Below, one piece after another: positions 29,121-38,166 of a stretch of 64,000 nucleotides of DNA. The stretch covers positions 142,014 to 206,013 of the forward strand of contig CAZAJQ010000001.1 of assembly GCA_964485795.1 (NCBI GenBank), read 5' to 3'. Below the pieces are notes generated by a model. The model was not told the DNA's origin. It worked only from the letters and a program-made list of their open reading frames with translations, and did not search any database. Each line of letters starts with the position of its first letter. The stretch's first letter is position 1. The translations under genes were made by a program, and so were the position numbers. Source of the stretch: an uncultured Gammaproteobacteria bacterium (GTDB lineage Bacteria; Patescibacteriota; Patescibacteriia; VMEV01; CAZAJQ01).

Positions 29121-30473
29121 TCAATAAATCAACGAAGGCATCTCCAATTTCAGTTTCTTGTGTATGAGAATTTCTTCGATATTGTAGGTTCCCATTTTGG
29201 GCGCGTAGAGGAAGCCTTCAAATGCGGCCTTGGCGAGCCAGCCGGAATCAAGCCAATCCATGAGCCATTCATCAGCATAGGTGGGGTCCTTTTGCGTGAT
29301 GCCCGCTCCCACGGCCTTGAGCCATTCGCGATTGAAATTTTCCTGAGCTCCGATGGATGGCGCCATGATGATGGGAATGCCCAGCCCCGAGTAAAATGAG
29401 AGCTCGGAAGGTTTCGTCCACAAAATATCGGTTTTTCGCAAAAGCGCGTTAAAAGCCGCAAAATACTTTTCCTTATCCGTGGCATAAAGAATATCCGCAC
29501 AATTTCCAAAGCACTTTTTCAACCCAGCGAATTCAAACGATTCGCGGAAAAAATGATACACTTCGTTTTTCACACCCGCCACAAGCACCAGTTTCATTTT
29601 TCCTTTGGCTATCAAATGCCGAAAACGATACACGAGCTCCCGACCCAATTCTCGCTGGGCTCCGGCTCCTCCGACCGCAAACGTCACGGTGAGGGGACGA
29701 TCGGGTTTTTTCATAAAAGAAGACAATCCAAGCTCGGTGGCCACCGTGTCTTTGTATTTGGAGAGAAACCTTTTTTGCGGATCGATGAGAAAGAGTCTTT
29801 CGGCAAGATCTTTTTTGAGTATCCGAAGATTTTTACCTCCGATATTTTCTTTTGGCAAGGGAAATCCGGTCAAAAAAATCTTGTTTCTCGGAACTCCATA
29901 CAGCTGCAAGCGCTTGACAACTCTTTCGGTGGGTGCAAAATACTGGATTCTGCTGCGTTTGGGATCCAAAGCCACCCATGCTCGGCTCATATCCGTATCG
30001 GTGACGATGCAATAGATCTCGCCCTGATACCCGAAATAATCGGCGGCCAAAGCCGTGACGAAAAACGTGGTGATCATCGGCAACGGCCGACGATTCATTT
30101 TTTCGACGAGACTTTTGAGCCAGCCTTTTTTCAGCAACCTATAAATGGCTCTCACCTGCATATTGGGTGCGGACAGGTCGCGCTGGGGATAAAAAGACGG
30201 TATGGACTGCAATCGGTCGAAAGCGTCAAACATCATTTCTCCGAAAAAAGGAACGCGTTTGAAACGCGATACAAATTCATAAAAACCGCGGCTTTGACGC
30301 CACAGCTTTTCATCCTTGGCGGTGATGCCTTCGTAATTGTTTGCGGTCAAGACTTCATCGAGCGCAAGGTAACGCAGCGGGTGTGCGGCTCTTTCATGCC
30401 CGTACCCCATATCCGCCGAAACGATCCATGCGAGATTTTTTTTTGTTTTGACAGTGGTGTGCGCACCGGACAT
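29121..30473 (-). CDS. GT-B fold glycosyltransferase-like protein (MurG/UgtP-related)
   Basis: DMGYGHERAA, IVTDTD, TGFPLP, VGGAGAQ, LWTKPSELSF, GAQE..NR.WL. Confidence 0.78.
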   Translation of the reverse strand: MSGAHTTVKTKKNLAWIVSADMGYGHERAAHPLRYLALDEVLTANNYEGITAKDEKLWRQSRGFYEFVSRFKRVPFFGEMMFDAFDRLQSIPSFYPQRDLSAPNMQVRAIYRLLKKGWLKSLVEKMNRRPLPMITTFFVTALAADYFGYQGEIYCIVTDTDMSRAWVALDPKRSRIQYFAPTERVVKRLQLYGVPRNKIFLTGFPLPKENIGGKNLRILKKDLAERLFLIDPQKRFLSKYKDTVATELGLSSFMKKPDRPLTVTFAVGGAGAQRELGRELVYRFRHLIAKGKMKLVLVAGVKNEVYHFFRESFEFAGLKKCFGNCADILYATDKEKYFAAFNALLRKTDILWTKPSELSFYSGLGIPIIMAPSIGAQENFNREWLKAVGAGITQKDPTYADEWLMDWLDSGWLAKAAFEGFLYAPKMGTYNIEEILIHKKLKLEMPSLIY

Positions 30474-30508
30474 ACGTTCACTTTTTTTCTTAGTATAACA
30501 CAGAAGAT

Positions 30509-30540
30509 AGTACTCAGTACTCAGTGCTCAGTAGTCAGCA
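30509..30540. repeat. Heptamer tandem repeat (AGTACTC)n
   Basis: AGTACTC AGTACTC AGTGCTC AGTAGTC AGCA. Confidence 0.8.
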
Positions 30541-30600
30541 AAAAAAAACGACCTTTTTAGATCGTTTTTTTCAAAATTCATGTTCCATCGTCTCCTCCGC

Positions 30601-31968
30601 TCATATCCCAAACTTCTCGTCAAAATACTTTCCTATTTCCGCGACGTTCACACGTTCCTGTTTCATGGAATCTCGCTCACGGACGGTCATGGCATGATCA
30701 TCGAGGCTTTCAAAATCCACGGTGATGCAATAGGGCGTGCCGATCTCGTCTTGTCGCCGATAACGTTTTCCGATCGATCCGGTTTCGTCGTAAACCGTCA
30801 TAAATCCGGATTTCAAAGAGTCAAAAATATCTTTCGCGAGTTTTTGGAGAGCCGGTTTCTTTGAAAGGGGTAAAACGGCCGCCTTCACCGGCGCCAAGGC
30901 GGGGTGAAGCCGCAAAACGACTTCCGACTCTTTGACCGCATCCTCACCCCGACCGCCGGAAATTTCTTCATAGGCGTTCATGAGATGAAAAAGAACGGCG
31001 CGATCCACGCCGACGGAAGTCTCTATGATCCATGGAATATATTTTTCGCCGGTCCGCTGGTCGCGATACGAAAGGTCTTTGCCAGAATATTGCGAATGTC
31101 GCGACAGATCCCAATCTCCACGGTTGTGTATGCCTTCAAATTCCTTCCATCCAAACGACGATGAAAATTCGATATCGCAAGCGGCCTTTGCATAATGCGC
31201 CCTTTCATTGGGAGCATGATCGCGAAAACGAATCGACTCCGGTTTGAATCCCAAAACTTTATGCCATCGCATCCTTTTTTCTTTCCAAAGTTCAAAAAAT
31301 TTCTGCGCCTCATCCGGATGCACGAAATATTGCATTTCCATTTGTTCGAATTCTCTCATGCGAAAGATGAAGTTGCCCGGGGTGATTTCATTGCGAAACG
31401 CTTTGCCGACTTGCGCGATGCCAAAAGGGAGCGATTTATGCGTGGTATCCACAATGTTTTGAAAATTTACATAGATTCCCTGACAGGTTTCTCCGCGCAA
31501 ATACGCAAGCGAAGCCGTATCTTCCACCGGACCCACCGATGTTCTCATCAGCAGATTAAAATCGCGCGGAACGCCGAAATCTCCCCCGCATTCGGGGCAT
31601 GATATTTTTTTCACGGCTTCTTTCGGATCCGACGCAAGCATCTCGGGATCCATGCCCTGTTTTTCGAGCAAATGATCCGCTCGGAATCTTTTATGGCATT
31701 TTTTGCACTCCACCAGCGGATCGGAAAAATTCTCGACATGTCCGGACGCTTCCCATACCTTGGGATGCATCAGAATGGATGCGTCCAACCCGACGATGTC
31801 GGCGTTTTCATACACCATCGAGCGCCACCAAAGTTTTTTCAAATTATTCTTCAGCTCCACCCCCAAAGGCCCGAAATCATAACACGAAGCAAAGCCTCCA
31901 TAAATTTCGGAAGACGGAAATACAAATCCGCGCCTTTTGGCAAGATTGACTATTTTTTCTAGAGACAT
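30601..31968 (-). CDS. glyQS: Glycine--tRNA ligase, alpha2 type
   Basis: KRRGFVFPSSEIYGG, YLRGETCQG, FRNEITPGNFIFRMREFEQME, IGKRYRRQDEIGTP. Confidence 0.97.
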   Translation of the reverse strand: MSLEKIVNLAKRRGFVFPSSEIYGGFASCYDFGPLGVELKNNLKKLWWRSMVYENADIVGLDASILMHPKVWEASGHVENFSDPLVECKKCHKRFRADHLLEKQGMDPEMLASDPKEAVKKISCPECGGDFGVPRDFNLLMRTSVGPVEDTASLAYLRGETCQGIYVNFQNIVDTTHKSLPFGIAQVGKAFRNEITPGNFIFRMREFEQMEMQYFVHPDEAQKFFELWKEKRMRWHKVLGFKPESIRFRDHAPNERAHYAKAACDIEFSSSFGWKEFEGIHNRGDWDLSRHSQYSGKDLSYRDQRTGEKYIPWIIETSVGVDRAVLFHLMNAYEEISGGRGEDAVKESEVVLRLHPALAPVKAAVLPLSKKPALQKLAKDIFDSLKSGFMTVYDETGSIGKRYRRQDEIGTPYCITVDFESLDDHAMTVRERDSMKQERVNVAEIGKYFDEKFGI

Positions 31969-32014
31969 ACACGATCGATATTTGAGATGAAAAAAAATTC
32001 CCCGCGAGGGCGGC

Positions 32015-33946
32015 TCACATCCTTTCCGGAGCTTCTATGCCAAGGATGGCAAGCCCGTTTTTGAGCACTTGAGCCGCTCCGGCGATAAGAAGCGTTCTCG
32101 ATTTTCGAACCTTGACATCCGGCGCTTTCAGAATCGCACAACGATCATAAAACGTATTCAGAGCCGACGCAAGGTCTATCAAATAGGCGTACACCAGATG
32201 CGGATGCACCTTTTCGCAGGACGACGCCACGACTTCCGGAAAAAGACGCAGTTTCCGAAGCACATTTTTCTCGAAAATGTCGGAGCAAACGAAATCCGAC
32301 TTCACGTCTGAAGAGGAAAAACGTTCTTTTGATTTTTTTAAAATACCATGAATCCTTGCATGAGTATATTGAATATAAGGCCCGGAATCGCCGGTCATCT
32401 GCAAGGCTTCTTCGGTGTCAAAAACCACCTCTTGCCGAGGATTGGCCTTGAGCATATAGGCTCGCAAAGCCGCATTGGCTATCGAAAATGAAGAAGCACT
32501 TTCGCCTTCGACAGATTCGCCTGTCGATTTTTTGTGTTCGACGGTCTTGATCAGCAAATCAAAGAGATCATCCACTTTCACGCCGATGCCCTTTCGCCCG
32601 GACATGGTATAGGCCTTCTTTTCGTCGGTGATATCCATGCCGATTTTTTTGAGAGTCGCTTGCGAAAGCGTCACCACTCCATAGGAAACATGGTGCAAAG
32701 CCGCGGCCTCTTTTTCATATCCCATTTTCATCAACGCCGAACGGATGACCGATTGCGGATATGCTTGCCGCTCATCAACGACCGTAAAGGCAATGTCGGC
32801 ATTTCCCCATTCGGACATGGTTTCACCCTTTGCGGAAGTTTTATAAATGTATTTACCGTTTTTTTGTTTCAAGAACGGTTCATAACGAAAATCCGCTTTC
32901 GCCAAACCGAATTTCCAGAGATGGTAGGCCAGATCTTTGGCCGTATAGACGATATTCCCGCCCGAAGTGACCAAAACCTTATCGGGATTTTCCATGTTTT
33001 CCGCGTTCTTCATTTCAATGTTTTTCATCACCCAGCATCCCTTGTTTTTCCCTTCGGTTTCGAGACTGATATGACCATCTTTTTTCAATATTTCAAAAAC
33101 GATTTCCCAAAGCCCGGTACGTAAAATCGCGCTTTCGCAGAAAAAAACATCATAGAAAACATCAAAATTCGACAATGTTTGCTCATGATCGAAAAGAATC
33201 TTTTTCACCACGTTTTCGGCATATTCGGCCGTCGCATCGCTCCCCCGCTCCAGAGACGCAAGGATTTCTCTTTGTTCTTTTTTCAAATCCGGATTTTCTT
33301 CATACGCTTTCTGAATGGCCGTGTACAGATCCCAGCAATAATGGTCAAACTTCTGATGCGCTTTTGGGGGGCGATCAGCAAAATGTCTGAGTGCCAAAAC
33401 AATATCCGCCACTTGAACGCCGGTGTCGTCAATATAATTATGAACTTCCACGGTATACCCGTTTTTTCGCAACAGATGAGACAGGGAATCACCCAAAAAG
33501 GCATTCCGTATATGCCCGACATGCATGGCCTTGTTCGGATTCACCGAGGTATGCTCGACGATGGCCTTTTTTCCTTTTCCAAAATCATTGTCTCCGTATT
33601 GATCTTTGGCTTCAAGGATACGGTGCAGCTCACGAACAAGATAGCCGTCCGAAAGCGTAAAATTGATGAATCCGGGGCGTTTGGCTTCGATGCTGGAAAA
33701 TATGGCATCGAAGTCTTCACCCTTGAGCGCCTTCATACTGGCGATAAGTATATCGGCTATTTCCATTGCAGGTTTTTTTGCTTTTTCCACGCAAACCATG
33801 GCAATATTGGAAGCATAGTCGCCGAAATCTCCCACATTGGGTCTTTCCACGGTGATCGGTAAAGCATCAAAATCCGGCAACCTCTGCTCCTTTTGCGCCG
33901 ATAATAAAGCTTTCAGCAGATATTCTCGTATTTTTCCTCGAATCAT
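32015..33946 (-). CDS. argS: Arginine--tRNA ligase
   Basis: GDYASN, PGFINF, EHTSVNPNKAMHVGHIRN, MSGRKG, GPYIQYTHAR, C-terminal ERM. Confidence 0.97.
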   Translation of the reverse strand: MIRGKIREYLLKALLSAQKEQRLPDFDALPITVERPNVGDFGDYASNIAMVCVEKAKKPAMEIADILIASMKALKGEDFDAIFSSIEAKRPGFINFTLSDGYLVRELHRILEAKDQYGDNDFGKGKKAIVEHTSVNPNKAMHVGHIRNAFLGDSLSHLLRKNGYTVEVHNYIDDTGVQVADIVLALRHFADRPPKAHQKFDHYCWDLYTAIQKAYEENPDLKKEQREILASLERGSDATAEYAENVVKKILFDHEQTLSNFDVFYDVFFCESAILRTGLWEIVFEILKKDGHISLETEGKNKGCWVMKNIEMKNAENMENPDKVLVTSGGNIVYTAKDLAYHLWKFGLAKADFRYEPFLKQKNGKYIYKTSAKGETMSEWGNADIAFTVVDERQAYPQSVIRSALMKMGYEKEAAALHHVSYGVVTLSQATLKKIGMDITDEKKAYTMSGRKGIGVKVDDLFDLLIKTVEHKKSTGESVEGESASSFSIANAALRAYMLKANPRQEVVFDTEEALQMTGDSGPYIQYTHARIHGILKKSKERFSSSDVKSDFVCSDIFEKNVLRKLRLFPEVVASSCEKVHPHLVYAYLIDLASALNTFYDRCAILKAPDVKVRKSRTLLIAGAAQVLKNGLAILGIEAPERM

Positions 33947-34018
33947 AGAAAAACTTCAAAGCCGTTCGTATCATCAACGTACACAATCTTTCCATGCCTT
34001 GGCAAGCCTCCTTACCCT

Positions 34019-34471
34019 ATGTCCATTCTCGCGGTCAACAAAAGAGCCCGTTATGATTATGAAATCCTTGAAACTCTTCAGGCCGGTTTGGCATTGCTCG
34101 GCCACGAGGTGAAATCAGCAAAATTGGGGCAAGTGAGTCTGAAAGGATCATATGTGACGATCCGAAACAACGAAGCCTATCTTCTCAATGCCCATATCGC
34201 GGCATATCGTTTTGCGTCACCCCTTGTCTCCTTGGATCCGGTGCGTACGAGAAAGCTCCTGCTCAAAAAATCCGAAATAAAAAAACTCATCGGCAAACAA
34301 AAAGAAAAAGGTCTTTCGCTTATTCCGATAAAGCTTTACACAAAAAAAAACCTTATCAAACTAGAGTACGGAGTCGGAAAGGGAATGAAAAAAAGCGATA
34401 AAAGCGAACGCAGCAAAAAAAGAAAAACCAACAACAACATCCGCCGGGAGATGAGTGTACGGAGGCGGTAA
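34019..34471 (+). CDS. smpB: SsrA-binding protein SmpB
   Basis: NKRARYDY, G.EVKS, RTRKLLL, LIPIKLY; next to tmRNA. Confidence 0.95.
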   Translation: MSILAVNKRARYDYEILETLQAGLALLGHEVKSAKLGQVSLKGSYVTIRNNEAYLLNAHIAAYRFASPLVSLDPVRTRKLLLKKSEIKKLIGKQKEKGLSLIPIKLYTKKNLIKLEYGVGKGMKKSDKSERSKKRKTNNNIRREMSVRRR

Positions 34472-34481
34472 AAAGAGCCCG

Positions 34482-34758
34482 CCCTCCGTCATCCTCCGCT
34501 TACCGCCAAAGCCCTCCCCCCTTCTACGAATACGTGCGCTTGCCGCGAAGCCCCCCCCTCCGTCATCCTCCGCTGCGCTACGGATGACACCTCCCCTTGT
34601 CCAAGGGGAGGATAGAGTACGAAAGAGTTTCCTCCCCTTACACAAGGGGAGGTGCCCGAAGGGCGGAGGGGTGAGCTCCGTCGATAGGTGAAGCAGTTCC
34701 GCGAAGAGCGGAGGCCTGCCATCCAAAGTCTGCCTCAGACAGGGACAGTCTTGGGATG
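34482..34758. repeat. Composite GC-rich palindromic repeat (family B)
   Basis: CCTCCCCTTGTCCAAGGGGAGG and CCTCCCCTTACACAAGGGGAGG hairpins; direct repeat CCCTCCGTCATCCTCCGCT twice; GGAGGGGTGAGCTCCG arm. Confidence 0.85.
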
Positions 34759-34759
34759 G

Positions 34760-34788
34760 TTGACTTTCCTCCCCTCTCCCTGTATAGT
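34760..34788 (+). promoter_or_regulatory. Sigma70 promoter of ssrA
   Basis: TTGACT-N17-TATAGT upstream of the tmRNA 5' end. Confidence 0.75.
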
Positions 34789-34841
34789 TTCCTTAATAAG
34801 CGCTGTGCTTATTGTTTTTTTTCGTTTCCTTGGAAACATTC

Positions 34842-35238
34842 GGGGATGTTTGGATTTGACGGAATGACTCGATAGGTTTCTATGCAAGACGAGCTCGCCA
34901 TGATGCTCGCAAATCTCCGTGGCACATTATAAGTGCAAACTTATTCGCAAAAGCAAAAGATGCCGTGAAAACTTTTTTTGCGGTACCAAGCTTCAGCATG
35001 GCTATTGCCTAAACGCATCGGCCCATCGCGGCTTTTGAGGATTCATAAGGAGCCCGCGGTGCAATATTCATGAATCTCAGGAAATATGTTCGTCACGCCA
35101 TATTCTCCGAAAATTTTGTGACTGTGATGCGGTCGTTTTGCTTTCTTTCTCAGATCGCATCAAGAATGAAAGAAAGCTACTCTTGAAGAAATAGAATTCT
35201 ATCCATTCCAGACGCGGGTTCGATTCCCGCCATCTCCA
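34842..35238 (+). ncRNA. ssrA: tmRNA (one-piece); tag ANLFAKAKDAVKTFFAVPSFSMAIA at 34935-35012
   Basis: 5' GGGGATG...GGATTTGAC; 3' GACGCGGGTTCGATTCCCGCCATCTCCA; acceptor stem with G3:U; ATAAGT before resume codon GCA. Confidence 0.95.
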
Positions 35239-35282
35239 TTTTTCGCTCTTCGACGAAGAAGGGCTTTATAAATACTTTATCC

Positions 35283-35852
35283 ATGCGAAAAACTTTCCGT
35301 CGAAAAAAATTTGAAAAAATCGACTTGGAATACCGCGCCAATGAACAGATTCGCGTACCTGAAGTGCGCGTGATCGACGACAAAAACGAAATGATCGGCG
35401 TGATGGACACCAAGAAAGCCATTGAGATGGCTTATGATCGTCAAATGGATCTCGTGGAAGTGTTTCCCAAAGCGGTTCCTCCGGTGGTGAAATTTTTGGA
35501 TTACGGGAGCTTCAAATACAAAAGGGAAAAACTCAAACAAAAACAAAAGCAAAAGATGAAAAAGATTGACATCAAAAGCATCCGTCTCACCATACGCATG
35601 AGCGAGCATGATGAAAATATCCGACTGGATCAGGCCATCAAGTTCATCGAAAAAGGACAAAAAGTAAAGGTTGAAATTGCGCTCAAAGGTCGAGAACATA
35701 TGCTGTCAGCGCAAGCCGCAGAAAAAATCAATCGTTTTATGGATAAACTCAAAAAATCCAACGAAGTCTTTGACATCGTCATCGAGTCACCGCTCAAAAA
35801 AATGGGAGGCAAATTCACCGTCGTATTTTACAACAAGGATTCAACCGTTTAA
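35283..35852 (+). CDS. infC: Translation initiation factor IF-3
   Basis: NEQIRVPEVRVID, DLVEV.P.A.PPV.K..DYG.FKY, KGRE. Confidence 0.97.
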   Translation: MRKTFRRKKFEKIDLEYRANEQIRVPEVRVIDDKNEMIGVMDTKKAIEMAYDRQMDLVEVFPKAVPPVVKFLDYGSFKYKREKLKQKQKQKMKKIDIKSIRLTIRMSEHDENIRLDQAIKFIEKGQKVKVEIALKGREHMLSAQAAEKINRFMDKLKKSNEVFDIVIESPLKKMGGKFTVVFYNKDSTV

Positions 35853-35868
35853 TATTTTATTCACGCGT

Positions 35869-36063
35869 ATGGGAAAATTGAAATCGAAAAAAACCATTAC
35901 CGGAAGATTCCGCGTCACCAAAACCGGAAAATTGATGAAAAAAGTCGCTGGACAAAGTCATTTTAACGCCCGAGAGAGCGGAAAAGTCGGTCGCGCCAAA
36001 CGCCGTGATTTTGCCATAGCGGCGGTGGAGCAAAAGCAGCTCAAAAGATTCATTCATCTTTAA
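35869..36063 (+). CDS. rpmI: 50S ribosomal protein L35
   Basis: MGKLKSKK....RFRVTKTGK......GQSHF; between infC and rplT. Confidence 0.93.
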   Translation: MGKLKSKKTITGRFRVTKTGKLMKKVAGQSHFNARESGKVGRAKRRDFAIAAVEQKQLKRFIHL

Positions 36064-36103
36064 AAATCCGGATTATTTTTTTTACCGTCAATCTATCAAT
36101 CAT

Positions 36104-36454
36104 ATGCCTCGAGTCAAACGTGGAAAGACACATGTCAAAAGACGCCGAAATATCCTCAAAGCCGCCAAAGGCTTCAAATGGGGACGTAAAAAGCTTATTC
36201 GTCAGGCAAAAACCGCCATTACCAAGGCCGGCGTCTATGCTTACAAGGATCGCAGAAAGAAAAAGCGCAATTTCAAAAATCTTTGGTTGATACGCATCAA
36301 TGCCGCATTGCGAGAAAAGCATGATTTGAATTATTCAAAATTCATGCATTTGCTCAAACAAAAAAATATCAGCCTCAACAAAAAAATGCTTGCGGAATGC
36401 GCCTTGGAGCATCCGGCCGTTTTTGATAAGATTGTGGAGAAGGCCAAGTCGTAA
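36104..36454 (+). CDS. rplT: 50S ribosomal protein L20
   Basis: MPRVKRG, AYKDRRKKKRNF..LW..RINAA, YSKF. Confidence 0.98.
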   Translation: MPRVKRGKTHVKRRRNILKAAKGFKWGRKKLIRQAKTAITKAGVYAYKDRRKKKRNFKNLWLIRINAALREKHDLNYSKFMHLLKQKNISLNKKMLAECALEHPAVFDKIVEKAKS

Positions 36455-36466
36455 AAGGATAGTCTC

Positions 36467-36490
36467 GGGGCGTTTGTACGCCCCTTTTTT
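36467..36490 (+). terminator. Intrinsic terminator after rplT
   Basis: GGGGCGT-TTGT-ACGCCCC-TTTTTT. Confidence 0.85.
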
Positions 36491-36514
36491 CCATACTTTT
36501 TTTCTCACCACATC

Positions 36515-36588
36515 GGGCCGGTAGTTCAATTGGTTAGAGCGCCGCCCTGTCACGGCGGAGGTTGCGGGTTCGATCCCCGTCCGGCCCG
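36515..36588 (+). tRNA. tRNA-Asp (GTC), CCA not encoded
   Basis: GGGCCGG/CCGGCCC acceptor, CCGCC-CTGTCAC-GGCGG anticodon arm, GCGGG-TTCGATC-CCCGT T arm. Confidence 0.97.
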
Positions 36589-36658
36589 ATGTGGTTGAGA
36601 AGGATCGCTGAAGCAAGCAGCTGTGCCCTCCGAAGCCTCAATACATAAAGATGATTCC

Positions 36659-37375
36659 TCATTCCCCGCGGCACAAGGCCAATCCCATAACGGATTTTGC
36701 TCCGACTTTTTTGAGGACTTTGGCGGCCTCCTGCATGGTGGCACCCGTGGAATAAACGTCATCCACGAGCATTATATTTCGACCGCGAACGGATGACGAA
36801 TCAACGCAAGCAAATACCCCATGAACGCTTATTTCGCGTTCTTTTTTTATTTTCGTCACCTGTGAGCTTCGGTAGTGCGTGCGGATCAACGCCAGAGTAT
36901 TGATTTGTGCGGGTACATGACATTGGATCAAGGCAAGGGCAAGACGTTCGGATTGGTTGAATCCCCGATCTCTCAATCGCTGCCGATGAAGCGGGATTGG
37001 GATGAGGATGGCGTCGCAATGACGCAACGAAACCTTGTGAGCCAAGAGTCGCTGTCGCATATACAAAGCCAGCACGGTAGCGATCTCTTCCACGTATTCA
37101 TATTTGAATGCCAAGAGAAGTTTTTTCACCAAAGCCTGTTCATACGACACGGCGACGAGGAGTCTATCGAGATGGCTTGTTTTCTCGCATGCGCGACACG
37201 GTACGCCATCGGTATTCTGCTGATAGCAGACCGGGCATATCTGATACGGAAGAAGCGAGACGGTGTCGATGCAATCCGTGCAACAAAAATCGACTTCCCG
37301 ATTGCACCCCAAACACACCTTTGGAAAAAGGCTATCCAAAAAAATCTGTCGCATGTGAAATAAAAAATCCTCCAT
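36659..37375 (-). CDS. comF: ComF/ComFC competence protein (double Zn ribbon plus PRTase)
   Basis: Four CxxC motifs, PIPLH..R...RGFNQ, LVDDVYSTGATM. Confidence 0.93.
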   Translation of the reverse strand: MEDFLFHMRQIFLDSLFPKVCLGCNREVDFCCTDCIDTVSLLPYQICPVCYQQNTDGVPCRACEKTSHLDRLLVAVSYEQALVKKLLLAFKYEYVEEIATVLALYMRQRLLAHKVSLRHCDAILIPIPLHRQRLRDRGFNQSERLALALIQCHVPAQINTLALIRTHYRSSQVTKIKKEREISVHGVFACVDSSSVRGRNIMLVDDVYSTGATMQEAAKVLKKVGAKSVMGLALCRGE

Positions 37376-37444
37376 AGAAATGTGGGGGATTTTTTATGAA
37401 ACCGATCGATCATATCAGCACGCTGATAGGCTACGAGACGCATT

Positions 37445-38026
37445 TTACAACCAAAATGCTCCGCTGACAAGCCAATGACCGTCGAGTTTTTGAAGCTCGA
37501 TTTTGAGGTCTTTGAGCTTTGCCGCTAAAACGACCTCGCCGGCTTTGGATTCAAGCGTTTGAACCTTGGCGGTAACGACGGCTTTTTCCGCGTCAAGCGC
37601 ACTTTCCAGTGAAATGACTTTGGCGCTGATACCCTGATAGACTTCGGTACCGGCGGCATAGGTGTCTCGTATCGTCGACTGATACGTCGTAAGCCATTCC
37701 TGCATTTTTGGAGTGGATAATGTTTTCAAATCCGAAAACCCGGAAAACTCGGTTTGATTTGAGTAGCTGCCGTATTTTTCCGCGAAAATGCGGGCAATCA
37801 CTTCCACTTCCGATTCATCGCGACTGGGCTTTGCTTCCGGGGAGGTCAGCGCTTCTTCCGGCGTTTGCGGAGTGCTGTCCAGCCGCGAGGCGGTATCCAA
37901 AGCCGGAGGAAGCGCGCCGCTGAGATTTTCGGAAACCTGTTGCGTTCCCCCGTTTCGCGTCGCAAACCAATACCATGCGAGCGCAAGAACCGCGAGGATC
38001 CCCAAAAAGGCAAAAATTTTTTTCAT
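37445..38026 (-). CDS. Bitopic protein with probable NTF2-like domain (VirB8/TcpC-like)
   Basis: TM, Pro-rich linker, FAEKYGSYSNQ, C-terminal L.K.DG.WLV; position next to virB4. Confidence 0.55.
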   Translation of the reverse strand: MKKIFAFLGILAVLALAWYWFATRNGGTQQVSENLSGALPPALDTASRLDSTPQTPEEALTSPEAKPSRDESEVEVIARIFAEKYGSYSNQTEFSGFSDLKTLSTPKMQEWLTTYQSTIRDTYAAGTEVYQGISAKVISLESALDAEKAVVTAKVQTLESKAGEVVLAAKLKDLKIELQKLDGHWLVSGAFWL

Positions 38027-38166
38027 AGTTTCTCCCTCTGTTTAGAAAACGTCTTCATAAACACGAAATGGAACTTTTTTTTCAAAATTCTCTCTGCTCG
38101 AGATGCCGTTTTCACTCATTCGTCGAAAACTCCGCCCCGATGGTGACCGTATCAAAGTGAAGCGGG

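Noticed and set aside
34361-34726. ORFs over family B repeats (also 55362-55762, 61480-61859)
   Set aside because: Translations (LPLHKGRCPKG-like) are by-products of GC-rich palindromes
35239-36660. Integrated element at ssrA or tRNA-Asp
   Set aside because: No integrase or duplicated 3' end seen; flanking genes are housekeeping
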